From the human T2T-CHM13v2.0 reference genome, Homo sapiens: a DNA stretch of 64,000 nucleotides. Both the position numbers and the translations under genes were made by a program. Positions within the stretch are counted from its first letter, which is position 1; the number at the start of each line of letters is the position of its first letter. Positions 17,497-40,520 of this stretch are shown here, one piece after another. The stretch lies in NCBI RefSeq assembly GCF_009914755.1, contig NC_060930.1. One strand, written 5' to 3'. The notes under the pieces are model-generated. The model was not told the origin of the DNA, made no database searches, and saw only the letters and a list, made by a program, of their open reading frames with translations.

Positions 17497-18281
17497 TAAA
17501 TAAGAAGGAAGTAAGTTTTTCTTACAAAGTAGGTTTTGTCTTTTTGCCTGTTGAAGCCAGGACTTTTATTATTCCTTTTTTTATGTGTAAAATAGTCCCT
17601 CAGTGACCATCACAAACAGAAAAATATAACAAAACTGCTTTCCAAAAGACCATGAAGTTAGAAAAACAATTTTACGAAAATATAACTTTAAAAAATACAC
17701 TTAAATAAAACTACCACAAAACAGAGAAATAATGTGATTTTACTACCATATATTTGAAAAGTAGAATGACTCATTATTTTAATATTTCCTAAGAGTATTG
17801 TTTTATAATTTGCCCAAGGATTTGATTTGATTTTCTACTGGCCCCAAAGGTGGAAATATCTGCTTATGAAAGCCTTGATTTGGGCTGTGTAGGCTGCCAG
17901 AGTTTTTTTCAGACTTTTTTTCATTAAAACGAGATTGCACTGTAGGTCAGCAGCATCACCCATGCTTCCTAGACGCTTATATGATCAGAATTTACTTTTT
18001 CCTTTTCCTTGCAATAAGACTTTTTTTTCATACTTAATGAGTGCAACATATTCCCTGAGAGGAATCCACAAATGTTGAAATTTCTTCCTCCTTAGGAAAA
18101 GACAGTAGATTGTCAGTTTATTTACCCTTTGTTTCACTCAAAATATTTTCTTACAAATTCCCTGCAGGCTTTCTCTCTTCCTTCCTTTCTATGGAGATTT
18201 GTGAAAAATGTGACACACACACAACTGATACCAGTGGCATGGGCCTTGGCCCATCATCGTTTGTCTTTTAAGAGGTGTCCT

Positions 18282-18809
18282 AAAAAAAAAAAATTTACAA
18301 AAATTAGCTAGGTGTGGTGGTGACGCCGGTAATCCCAGCTACTTGGGAGGCCGAGGCAGGAGAATCTCATGAACCTGGAAGGCAGAGGTTGCAGTGAGCC
18401 AAGATTGTGCCACGACACTCCTGCCTGGGCGACAAAGGGAGAATCCATCTCAAGAAAAAAAAAAAGAAAACAGGTGTCTACAAGAGTTTGAAACTAAATT
18501 TTTTATTCCTATTGGTATAATATTTATAGATTCTTTTTTTTTGAGTGAGGGTTTCTGTCATCCAGGCTAGAGTGCAGTGGCATGATCTTGGCTCAGTGCA
18601 GCCTTGACCTCCTGGGCTCAAGATTCTCCCACCTCAGCCTCCTGAGTAGCTGGAATTACAGGAGCGTGCCACCATGCCTGGCTAATTTTTTATATAGACA
18701 GGGTTTTGCCATGTTTCCCAGGCTGGTCTTGAACTCCTAGTCTCAGTGATCCTCCCACCTCAGCCTCCCAAAGTGCTGGGATTACAGGCGTGAGCCACTG
18801 TGCCCAGCC
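18282..18809. mobile_element. Alu right arm (+, 18282-18470) and AluJ (-, 18533-18809)
   Basis: Alu consensus. Confidence 0.85.
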
Positions 18810-18839
18810 TTATTTATGGATTTTCAAAAAATAAACCAC

Positions 18840-19165
18840 CTGCCATCATCCTCAGCAAACTAACACAGGAACAGAAAACCAAACACCACATGTACTCACT
18901 TAAAAGTGGGAGCTGAACAATAACACATGGACACAGGGAGGGGAACATCACACAGTGAGGCCTGTCGGGGGGTGGGACATGGGGAGGGGGAGTATAAGGA
19001 AAAATAGCTAAAGGATGCTGGGCTTAATACCTGGGTGATGGGTTGACCGGTGCAGCAAGCCACCATGGCATACATTTCCCTATGTAACAAAACCTGCACA
19101 TCCTGCACATGTACCCTGGAAATAAAAATAAAAATAAAAAATAAAAATAAAAAAAGAAAAGAAAA
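18840..19165 (+). mobile_element. L1PA 3' UTR end
   Basis: CATCCTCAGCAAACTAACACAGGAACAGAAAACCAAACACCACATG...AACCTGCACATCCTGCACATGTACCC followed by (AAAAAT)n tail. Confidence 0.9.
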
Positions 19166-19293
19166 ATGTCTAATAAATGTAAGACATTTTCAACTTCACT
19201 TGTAGTCAAAGGAATGCAAGTTAATAAGTTATCACTTATCTAAGAAAGAAAAGGAAAATAATTTAAAAAATAAAAATAAAAACAACCACACTA

Positions 19294-20430
<1,137 letters not shown>

Positions 20431-20499
20431 ATTTGCTGTACAAGTCAGAGCAGTGGCTGAATTACAGAGCTGTTGTGTAGCTCTGAGACAACTGCGCAG

Positions 20500-20800
20500 G
20501 TTATAATTTCTCTACTTGCCTCCTGGATTCATTTTTCATCCTTCCTTGCCCTGCTCTGTGCCCAAGGAGACTGAACCAACCCCTTCAGATCAGAGGGCAA
20601 GAGGAGAGAGGGGTCAGGCTTTATTCTCTATGCCTTTGCTTAGGAGCTGTGTCTGTTGGTAGCTGTCATGCTCCGCACCTATCACTCCCATCAGGTGGCC
20701 CATGTCACCAGGCTCTAATACCACTTTTCTCTCCCCTTGCTCCTTCAGTCCTAAGGGAAATGATGGCTTCCTGGAGCCAGACTTTGGGTGCCTCATGCCA
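20500..20800. mobile_element. Old ERVL-type LTR fragment (LTR33-like)
   Basis: TCCTTCCTTGCCCTGCTCTGTGCCC...CAGATCAGAGGGCAAGAGGAGAGAG resembles LTR33; from memory only. Confidence 0.45.
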
Positions 20801-21189
20801 CAGGGCATGGATTTAGCTAGTAGCCATGGCAGTTGCCTGACAAGACCATTCTGTTGCCTTGTGGCAACCTCCATAAATCACAGGACTGGATTTATGTGAT
20901 ATTTAAAATCTTACAGATTTAATTAAAGATTTTCGAGTAGATGAGCACAGAAGATCAGATATGTAGTCTAAGAATATTAACCTGGTAGAGTATTAAATAT
21001 ATGGGAAAGGGAGAGAATGGAGATGACACCAGTGAGCAGATACTGCCATGGTCCCTGTCAGTGGTGATGACAGGTGAGATACACAAGGTCAATGGGAAGG
21101 CTCCAGATAGACATCTACTCCAAAGGAACCAAAAACCAATTGTCTTCGGGGGACACAGTGGAAGGATGTTTCAAGTAGGAATCTGCCAA

Positions 21190-22122
<933 letters not shown>

Positions 22123-23364
22123 TTAAGCAGATACGATCTAAGGAAGTTTTATTAGCAAACTATTGATAAATCAAAGGTGTTTCGGAGAATGTTGGGGAAA
22201 CTAGTTTTGCTCATTTTCATTCTTTATTTTCCTTCTTATGCTAGTAGTTTCTGCTTTTGAAATTCTAAGAGGAAAAGAAACAGTAAGTGTAGCCAGCCAA
22301 GGGAAAAGGAATAGACTGAGAAGCAGTAGAGGAAGCCTGGGAACAGAGTGATGGAGAAGGGAATTATGAGAAACGCCATGGCATATGAGACAGCTCCAGC
22401 CTGGGAGTCAGGACCTGCGTACAGTCCTGGCTCTGCCACAAATGTGCCATCTGCTTGCATAAGCTAGTGTGACTAAGTTGTAATTCCTACACTTGAGAAA
22501 TAAGGAGACCTGGAATAAAAGATGATTAATATTCCCTTTCAACCGTCTATTATTCCAGTGTATCCCTATTTTTAGCAGGAACATGAAGGAAGCAAAGGAT
22601 TAGGGATCATCACTATTGGATTCATAGCTGTGAAGACAGTTTCCCAGAAGAGTTCCCAGGAGGTCTGGCTTGGAGGGCAGCTGCTCCAGTGCCCCCAGAC
22701 CCAAGCTCAGATCAAACCACAGGCATCTGAGGCTCTGGCTTTATCCTGGAAGGGTTAAGACGTGGTCAATGAGAGAGGGAACCAAGGAAGGTCTCCTTGT
22801 TTTGCTAAATAGTTAATGTAATCCCCTAGGCAGAGAAGGTAAAACCAACCTAATTTCCTCCTTCCCTCCTCACCCTTTTCCCACCCAATGAAGGAGTCCT
22901 GACTCAACCTAAACCCCACCCACAGCAGCATACCTGGAACCCATCCAACCTAGCAAGTGCAGCCTGCCTAGTGGCGACCTGAGCAAACCAATTTCACACC
23001 GGAAAATTCAATAGCCTGCTATTATCACAGCCAGGAAGGCAGGGAAGGAGAAGCTTCATCCTCAAGGCAATTTAAGCAGGAGGAGAGAAGAGTATGGGGA
23101 GGAGTGGTGAATAAACACACAGGAAAAGGAAGTTCTGCAGAAGTTTGCTTCTGCTCCAAAGTTGGGTTTGAAGGGTAGTGTATAAGAAGAAATGGGTTTT
23201 CTTCTAGCTCTTTCAAACTTTCTGCCATTTCTGCCAAAATACCACCAAAGAGTTTCTCAGTTCTCAGATTCCTGAGAAACAAGACCTGCCACACAGTAGG
23301 TGCTTGGTAAATAATAATTTAATTTTAAATTATTAATTTAAACATTAATTTAAAGTTAAATTAA

Positions 23365-23988
<624 letters not shown>

Positions 23989-26310
23989 GATAAATATTTA
24001 CTGAGTGGATAACTGAACAAATGGATGGACACATCTGTGGGTCATCATATTGACTCTCTTTGTGGTGCCAGATGTGATGAGCCACAGGAGTAAAATATAC
24101 TCCATGAAAGAGAAGGGAGGATCAGGAGAGGGGTTCAAGCACACTCAGCTGAAGCTGCTTCCCCACTCTGGACTATCCAGGCAGAATCTTAATATTGGTC
24201 ACAGTGCACAGAGGGTATTTCCCTCAGTCAAGGAGCTTCCTATGGGCCCTTCCTATAGGCCCAGGACCACGCAGTTATTTATTAGTCCCTGACTTATAAG
24301 AGCTTGCAGTCTAAGTGAAGAGACAGTGTTACCTCGGAGGAAATAATGACATGATTTGCATAAATCAATAAATAATTGGCCTTAAGTAATGTAGGAAGAT
24401 GTATAATTATAATGAGTTCAAAGAAAAGAGAGATGAGTGGGGCTGGAACAGTCCAGAAAGCACCATTGAAGAAGTGGGATTTGACTTTGATGCAGAGAAC
24501 AGGCAAATGCTCATTCACGTGGGGGAATGTGGGTTAATTTTCTGAACCCTGATCCCACCTGGGGCATCACAGTGCTATTTTCCAGATGCATGCCCAAGTC
24601 CCCTTTCAATTTTCCATCCCTGGTCTGCATGGCAGGCGAGATTTCCATCACCATTAGAGCAGATGGGGCTTCACAAAGAGCAGTGCAATTTGAGTGCTGA
24701 TGAGGCCAACAGGTTTGATTCAGAAGGTTGTTATTGCTGCCAGGCTGTAACTTAGACATATAAATTTGCTGCTTCAAATGTTCCATCAGGAGAATCAGCT
24801 GGGGAGCACTAATCCTAAGTGAAACCGTCTTGATTACAATGGAAGAAACGACAACAGCATATCGTTTAACTGCTGAACCCTTACAATGAAACACAAAGCG
24901 GCATTAAAGTTCTCTGCCTGTAATGCCATGGTTTAAGCAGTTAATCTTATTTTAGCTGAATGGCATGTTCATTACAGCAAATAAGTAGGTAATGTGTGGG
25001 ATTACTGAAGAGGGAAGATAAATTAAACCAGTTATGGGCATCATGTTGATTTTTTTTAACTGTCTGATTTAACTTGGTATTTTTCAACAGCCAGATCTAA
25101 TAAACACTCATTTAGCAGAGATTAAGGAGATGGGACTCTTGCCCAGAAAAGGTATTATATATGACTTGAGATGCTAGTTTTAAGGGCAGTAATTCATGAT
25201 ACTCAGCACTGGCTCCAGCCTGGAATCTTCAGTGCTTTAACACGAGGGGTTCATGAGTGGCAAAGCAGTGCTTCTCACTTTCCACTAAATAGTTATGTTT
25301 CTACCATTTATACTTTTTATGGGCAGCTGAAGGACTTTTCTTCAAGGTCTCAAACATTCTTTTCTGTAGACCTGCTACAAAGACACCTTCTAACATCATA
25401 CAGTGTAGTTCAGGAATGTATTTTATCTTTTCTCAAACAACTGCTACTCTAACTTCAAAAACCATTCATTGAACTATGGGTACAAAGGACAAAGGAGATA
25501 GAGTCCTTGAATTGGAAGAGATTACAATGTAGTCTGGAGAGAAGGAATAACAATCACACACAATAAAGAACAATAAAGAAGCTGGTAACAGCATGAGCGG
25601 GTACATAAACAAGTGCCAAATTACATAGCCAATTTGTGCAGTGTAGCCCATAAGGAAACAGATGGACAAGTACTTACTGAGCAGCATGAAATACTCCAGG
25701 TTGGGTATAGTGCTGTAGGCTTTTTGTATACTTAATTTGTGCAAATTTTTTTTTTTGAGGCAAGTATTATGAACTCCCATTTCACAGGTGTAGAAACCAA
25801 GGCTCAGAGAACCAAATCGCTTACCCAAGTAGGGGGAAAGCCCCAGGTCTGATTTCAAAGTCCTTGCCTTTTCCTTTATGGCAAATTGTTTCTTTAAGAA
25901 ATATGAAGAGTCAGGAGCAGAAGAAAATCATGTAAGATGTCATGGAAGGAGTGGAATTGGATCTGAGTCTGAATGTACCCTTCAACCCAACTTCAAAGCA
26001 GCAAATGCCTTGATGCAATCTGTTTGACAGTCAATTCTGCTTCCAGGAATTAAGCCTAAATAATTAAGAAAATGTCCCTTTAGAAAGTTTGTATCCATTT
26101 GCACTCACACCATATATTATATAAATTCATTGTTCTCATGCCAATACCAGACATTATCATTCCTTTTCAATATCTGCCAGTCCATTAGATGGAATATAGT
26201 ATCACCATGTAGCTATAATTTGTGTTTCTTTAGTGGGTAGATATGAACACCTATTCATATCTTTGCTGCCTAACTTTGTTTTAGAATTCTCTGTACCTTT
26301 TCCTTTGCTG

Positions 26311-26497
26311 ATTTTTTTTGAGACAAGGTCTCGCTCTGTCTCCTAGGCTGGAGTGCAGTGGCATGATCTCGGCTCATTTCAGCCTTGACCTCTTGGGCTC
26401 AAGCAATCCTCCCACCTTAGCCTCCCAAGTAGTTAGGACTAGAGGCACACGCTACCATGCCCAGCTAATTTATTTTTTTATTTATTTTTTGTAGAGA
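26311..26497 (-). mobile_element. AluJ right arm (left arm missing)
   Basis: Ends abruptly at GTAGAGA. Confidence 0.85.
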
Positions 26498-27039
26498 TTA
26501 CTTACTTTAGAAGTAATTATTTACTTCTAAATAATTTTATTTTAAATTTAATTTTATAAATTAAAATTCATTTTCATTATTGCATTTAGAACACTTTACA
26601 CATTAAGATCTTTGAATTGTCATATATGCTGCATATTACTTCTAGTTGATTTTTTTTAACACAAACAAATCTGAGTCATTTTCTTTATAATTTCTGCAGT
26701 AGCATCCTGGAAATACAGTTACAGCAAGAGGTAACCTTCAGAGTAGACAGCTGTCTCGAAATAGTAGCTCAGGTGAAGGGATAGCCAGGGCAGACTTGTA
26801 CAACTTCTAAGTATCTGCAAGGACAATCCCAGTTGTGCAGACTCAGGGCTCCAATGAGATTCATAGTTGTTAAAAGGACAAGTAACTCCTGATGGCTATA
26901 CAACTAAAGGTCGCCTCAGTTACACTGATCTCTTAGTAACTTAAATTCCTAGGATAATCTCTAATTTGTTCAAAGTGTACTATTCTTTTGGCATACTGTT
27001 AAGTCCACAAATACTATATGTGACATTTTGTCTTCAGAT

Positions 27040-28034
27040 TGATGCAGGATTTTTCTTGGCCCCTTCACTGGACTCCCAACCGGAGGGAACACTTGCTCGG
27101 CCCACCACATTCAACCCCTTGTGGGTGGGAGCCTGTGAGCGAGTGAGTGCAGGATCCAGCCGGCCGCTCCGGGCACCAGCAGAAGCAAGCTCCATGTGGG
27201 GCCCATGGCCAAACCAGCCATGAGCAAGTGAGTGTGGGATCTCGCCAGCTGTTCTAGGCACTGGCAGGAGCAGGCTCCATGTGGGGCTCATGGCCAGATC
27301 AGGAGTGAGCGAGTGAGTGCAGGATCTGGCTGGCCACTTTGGGCACTGGCGGGAGCAAGCTCTGTGCAGGGCCCATGGCATCACCGAGATGAGGGTGCCC
27401 ATGACCCCAAAACCCCAGGGGGAGTGTTACAGTGCTCTCTTAGCGCTGCCATCTGCAGATGGCTATGTGTTAACAGCTCAGCTGGCCCCTTGTCTCATCA
27501 CGTGGGGTGGCTGCCCTCTAACAGCAAGGGCAAAGGGCCGGTGTGATAGCCTTTTTGGGTCCCCACACTCAGTGGGTCCTGAGCTCTTGTCCATCCAGCA
27601 TCCAAGAAGAATGAAGTTGTGTGGACACTTGAAGGATGGTGAGGGTAGAGAACTTAATTGAGCAGTGGAAATGGCTCTTAGCCTAGAGGGGAGCTGGAGA
27701 GGGGATGGGAAAAGCAGATAGTCTTCCCCAAAATCTGGCCATCTCTTCCCCAAAGTCCAGCCATCTCTCCTTTCTACTGACTGAGTCTGGGATCTTTATA
27801 GGCACAGGATGGGGGTGGGTGGAGTGTGGTGGGCCACACGTAGTTTTGGAAAAGACAACACTGGATTGGTAAAAAGACATTATTCAGAAAGAACCAATCA
27901 AGAGAGAGTGAGCAAACAGGAATAGAAGTTCTCACTTTGGGCTGCAGGTTTCAGGCTTTTAGGCTTGAAGATGGGGTTTCACCAGGGACCCATCCCTGTT
28001 TGCCTAGGCGTTTGGCTGCCTCCTGCCACTCTCA
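27040..28034 (-). mobile_element. ERV1 solo LTR of about 1 kb, LTR28/LTR27/MER52 group
   Basis: Minus strand starts TGAGAGTGGCAGGAGGCAGCCAAACGCCTAGGCA and ends AAAAATCCTGCATCA; 4-bp TSD AGAT/ATAT; GC-rich internal repeats. Confidence 0.78.
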
Positions 28035-28472
28035 ATATTTTTGTTTTGTTTTCGCTCTCAATATTTTTTAGTGAGTTTTTTAGTTCATTTTTGTGCTATG
28101 TTCATCAGGTTTGATATCAAGATGATGCTGACTTTGTAAAATTAATTGGGACTTCCTTCCCTTCCTCCCTCCCTCCCTCTTCCCTCCCTCCCTTCTTTCC
28201 CTCTTCTATTTAATCTACTTACTGATATTTGAGTTTAATATATCATGTTACTATTTGTCCTGTCCTGTGTTCCTGTTTCCCTCTTTTCTTGATTTCTGTT
28301 ATATTGATATTTCCCCCTTCCTCCATTGGTTTGATAGTTACACCCTCTTTTACTTTCTTTTAGCAGTTACCTTAAAGGTTTCAACATTAATCCTAATCTC
28401 CAATGTTACTTGAATTTTTATCTTATTCCCAAATAATGCAACAACCCTAAAACATTTTAACTCCAAGAATAT

Positions 28473-29467
<995 letters not shown>

Positions 29468-29625
29468 AATCACCTCTTGACTTTTATGTCACTTGTGCAT
29501 TTTATTCTCTCTCTCTGTATGTGTGTGTGTGTGTGTCTATATATATATATGTTAACTCCACATCACATCATTGTATACAGCCAGTATTTATTTAGATTTA
29601 TCCATATAGTTACCCTCTACACTAA

Positions 29626-31065
<1,440 letters not shown>

Positions 31066-31389
31066 TTATATTAAATCTTCTCATTGTATCCCCTATATCT
31101 CTTATCCCCCTTGTCTGTACTTATGACCTTTTTTCACTCCATGTTTCCTTCTGGAAATGTTCTTCTAATGTATTCTTAATTATGTCTTCAACTATATCTT
31201 ATTTGCTATAAAACCTTTCCATTTAGTTCTCAATTTCAGCTGCTATTTGTTTTTGTTTGAGATTTTGTTCTTTTTACGGTTTCCATAATTATTAATCTTG
31301 TTTCTTGTTTTAGCTCTTCAAACCTATTAAACACATTTCAGAGCAATTTTCTGTCAAGTAAAACTTGACAACAAAAAAAGCAATCAATA

Positions 31390-33845
<2,456 letters not shown>

Positions 33846-34397
33846 TTAGACTTTACCACAATCCTATCAGGTAACTTGAAATCTTGGTGTTGGTGAAGCT
33901 AATCAGGGCTAGAATTGAGAAGAAAGATGGTGGTACTGTGGGAACAACAGTAAATGACAGGGCTTAGATGCAAGGTGCTGGGGTGCACCTGAGAGCCAGA
34001 ATGACATGGGTATGCCTCTTGAAATCAGACCATCAATAAGCAAGGTCCCCAAACCCAAAATGTGTTTTTCAGAGCCAGACCACATCAGACTACATTCTCT
34101 AAATCACTTTCAGCACAGTGGAGTTGGTTACAAGCAAAATTGCATAACTGCAGTGCCCAGCTAAGCACCTATTCCCCAGTGTCTCAAAGACATAGAATGA
34201 ATGGTACAGATTGTGACAAGAGCCAAACTACAAAGGATAGTTCCTATGATTTCATCTATTGTGATATCAGGAGACAGGAAGAAGGTGAACAGATAATCTG
34301 CTGATGCAGAGGTCACAGACCCAGGAGGAACTGAAGCAGCTAAACACCCATGTGCTCCTATTTGAGATATTGGGTTGAAGCAAGGGGTAAGTCCTGA

Positions 34398-36407
<2,010 letters not shown>

Positions 36408-36479
36408 TAAAAAATCATCATTGCAAAGCTCCACACTGTAAGAAGCATGGATCAGTCAAATTATCTTTTAAAAGCCCTC

Positions 36480-36547
36480 TTTAATTCCAAGGAGATAAAG
36501 AAAGTTATTTGTCATTAAACATGTTACATGTATGACTAATATTTATT
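36480..36547 (-). terminator. Candidate distal polyadenylation signals (AATAAA 36547-36542, ATTAAA 36485-36480)
   Basis: Hexamers on the minus strand followed by T/GT-rich sequence. Confidence 0.55.
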
Positions 36548-37202
36548 ATAGCTAATATAATAGTTTAGAACAAGGAAATTTAGTAGAGTTGTAACATTTT
36601 GGTGCTACATGTATAATTCAGCATAAGCCAAAGCCTTTTTAAAATAACCAATACTATCATTTTATGAAATCTTTACAAGATAAGCACAGTAGTACAATAT
36701 TTAAGCATCTCAAGTCTCCATTTAAGAGTTGACTATCAAAGAATGACTGTTATAAATAAAGAGCTCTATGATGTTCCACTTATTTAGTCTTAATAAGGTA
36801 GGGAAATAAGTGACATACTTTTTAGAAGAATCCATGCAGTGGACAGAAAGTCAGATTAGGTAGTCCCTAGGGATCCATCCAGCTCTGGGAATCTATCATC
36901 AGATGGCCTCTAAGGTTTCTTCTAGCTCAGAAAATAGAGGTACTTGGAACATAATTTTTTAAATTTTAAATGGTTATATAGGTTAATAGTATTTTTTGCT
37001 TTTCAAAATTCATTGCTGGTGATGTCTATTACTTATTTGATGTCATGTCTTTGGCCAGGAATGCAATCCTAATTAGCATTGTTCCAGGAAAACATTTCAT
37101 TTTATAGGGAGCATATCCCAGAAACATTAGAAAATACTAGTCCCAATATAAGTAACATTTACCAACTAGACTCTGGGCTACACTTTAAAATATCTGATGT
37201 TC

Positions 37203-37360
<158 letters not shown>

Positions 37361-37403
37361 AAATATATCTGATGTTATTTCTATCTCTCAAGTTCAACAA
37401 TAA

Positions 37404-37758
<355 letters not shown>

Positions 37759-37884
37759 TGATGGTACTCATAAAAGTAGGCATCTAAACTCAATACCTGA
37801 AAAACAAATGTGATGTTAAATTACATCTGAAATTTTAAAAATGTATTTAAAAATCCAAATAAAGCTTACAATTTCCTTATTTCC

Positions 37885-37895
37885 TTTATTTTAAT
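37885..37895 (-). terminator. Candidate proximal polyadenylation signal (overlapping ATTAAA/AATAAA)
   Basis: Minus strand ATTAAAATAAAGGAAATAAGG, with upstream TGTA and downstream T-rich sequence. Confidence 0.65.
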
Positions 37896-39832
37896 GTGTC
37901 AAAAAAACACTTAAAGATATTCTTGTAAATACATATAAGCTGTGTGTCAGCATTCAGTACTATGCAAATCATTTTTCAATATGACAAAATGAAAAACTTA
38001 CACACTTTAGGGTAGCGCTTAATACTTATCTTTGAAATCTATTGCTGATGCTAGGTCTAAAGAGCAATGACTCAACCAGAAAAAATAGTAAAGGCTGCCT
38101 TTTCCTTTTTAAAGTGCTTATTAGCTTTATATCCAAAAACAATGGTTTTTACAAATACATAATACTGAAAGGTGCTCAAAAAGTCACCACTTACAGAATT
38201 GAACATGTCATTTTCTAACTCTGCACATGTAAACTTGTTTTATCTGCATTAATGAAGATTGCTTCAAATGGCTCTCAATCATATGCTTCAAATCAAGACA
38301 GTGCTAAGTTCCAGCAGCATAAACAGTGACAGCAGAACAAACCCCAGCACATTTTCAGTGGATCACAGCAGATCAGAGAAAGTGTAACAGCTTTTGAGTA
38401 TGTTATACATCCAAGAGCCTTATATCTCACTCCACATAAACAGTAAACATAAAAGAAAAAAGAAACACTTTGTCTCCCTATAGAGCATTTTATAGTATAG
38501 GAAGGGATTCAAATTCTCTTTTTAACAAAATTCTTGTTTCTATATAGAGGAGATTTTATATTCTTAATGTTTACAACAAAGCCTATTTCCACCAAAAAAG
38601 CAAGAAGAAATTAATAAATGAAATCCTGAACTCTAAAAACCTAAGAAATAAAACTGTGAACAATTCTGAAACGGAGTGTTTTTTCTAAAGGCTAATACAA
38701 ACATACCAAAATAGAATTTCTGAGCACGAACTATGTGATTTCATTTCAATCGTATCACTTTCATCTGATTGAAATAATTTAGAAACAATAAGGACGATCT
38801 TAATCTCACTATTTTCTGCATGAGACTATCGTTCCGATTCATCCCCTCAATACACACCACTGTCCAACAGTCTTACAGTGAGCATCCTCTCAGGTCCCTT
38901 TCTGCTCGCTGAACCTTAAGCTGGTTTTACCCCTCCTGTCTCTCTTCTCCAAAATCCTCTATATATCTTAAGAAGAAAATATTCCTTTAAAAAATGACAA
39001 TTTAAATACAGTGTGATAATGCTACATTTGATTTAAAGTAGTAATAAATTATAAATTGCCAAATAACTTAATGTAATTCACGATGCAAATCCTTGGTATA
39101 AAAATAATCCATATTGCCCTGAATATAATAAAGCAATCCAGTGATTTTTAAATTACTTATGAAATAAAGGCAAAAATAAGATGTAAAATACTATTTATAA
39201 AAGTCAAGTAAGAAACCAGTTACCATAAATCTTTTTACAAAGATAAATGTAATGTGGCTTACTACTTTTAAAAATTGTCAGGGAGGTTTGCAATCAGTGG
39301 TTTCAAAAATGACTCTAGGGAAACTAGAGACTGAATTATATATTATTGTGATGTACAACATATTAACTATATATATAACAATAATACTGCAATGGGGGGT
39401 AATTAAGCTACTTCCTAACAAGTACATTTCTTTTTCAAAGTCTTTACTGTAACTGATTAATTTTTAAATGTTAGTTTTCAAAAACTTTTCTACTTGAGAT
39501 ACTTATGTTAGTAAGAAGATACCAGAAGTCTAGAATAGTAATCAAATGCCTATAAAATAAAATAATGATTGTTCTTGCATGTTCTGTTATTGTGACAAAT
39601 ACACATTAAAATAGATAACATTGCTATGCCTGGAAATTAAAAATATCCAAATCTGTTAGAAAGAAGTGGAAAAGGAAAGAAAAATCGAAAATTCTTATTT
39701 AAAAATGGATCTGAAGTCCTTGTATTTCTTAAGAGCTTGACTTGTCAAATCACAGTTTATCTTCTTTCTGAAACCAAGTTGTGTCTTCCACCATTCATTC
39801 ACGTGATATGTCAATTCTCCATTTTGTAGGTC

Positions 39833-39888
39833 TCAGTTTGAATTTTCCTGAATATTTGCAAAACTGGTACTGGACTTGAGACGTTTGG
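39833..39888 (-). CDS. OSTM1: OSTM1 exon 6 coding part: (P)KRLKSSTSFANIQENSN*
   Basis: TAG acceptor at 39891-39889; TGA at 39835-39833; phase matches exon 5. Confidence 0.96.
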
Positions 39889-40274
39889 CTAGATAAATCA
39901 AAAGAATTATATTTTAATTTAAATTTAATTATCAAACATGATTATTTACTATTTTTATGTAATCTATAGTATTTATCTATTAATTCTATGTTTGAATCCT
40001 AACAGTTCCAGCCTTATAAGAATTAAAACCTAATTAAAACTTTTTTCTACCAAGCTTAAAAACACATAACTTTGTTAGAAATTGCACATGACTTTGTTAG
40101 AAGCAGTACAAATAAAACAACATCATTTATATCTTCTTGAACATCACAATCTTAAATATGTAATGTACGTGAAATAAATGTACTTAGACAATGAAAGTGC
40201 TATAAGGTAGAATAACAAAATTATACATCTAAAAGTCTAAGTTAGAAATCCAAATCTGAATTTCTCTTAAAAGA

Positions 40275-40520
40275 ATTCAGTGAAAACTTCCCCAACCTGA
40301 TAAAGAGCATGTACAAAGATTCTATAGCAATCATTATGCTTAACTGTGAAAGACTGAATGATTTTTCCCCCTAAGATCTGGAATAAGACGAAAATACCTG
40401 GTCTTGCTTGACATCATGCCACTAATTTATCACCAGCGCAACAAGGCAAGAGAAAGAAAAGGAAAGCTATACATATTGGAAAGAAAGAAAGAAAACTGCT
40501 TCTATTTTCAGATGAAAAAA
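40275..40520 (+). mobile_element. L1M ORF2 fragment
   Basis: AACTTCCCCAACCTGATAAAGAGCAT...GAAAGACTGAATGATTTTTCCCCCTAAGATCTGGAATAAGAC. Confidence 0.7.

Noticed and set aside
26690-26965. Compositionally distinct 270-bp segment between L1-like DNA and the LTR
   Set aside because: Could not be assigned; likely a degraded repeat fragment and needs a Dfam search
34270-34392. Possible plus-strand exon (CAG...GGG|GTAAGT)
   Set aside because: Weak acceptor, no partner exons or promoter identifiable from sequence
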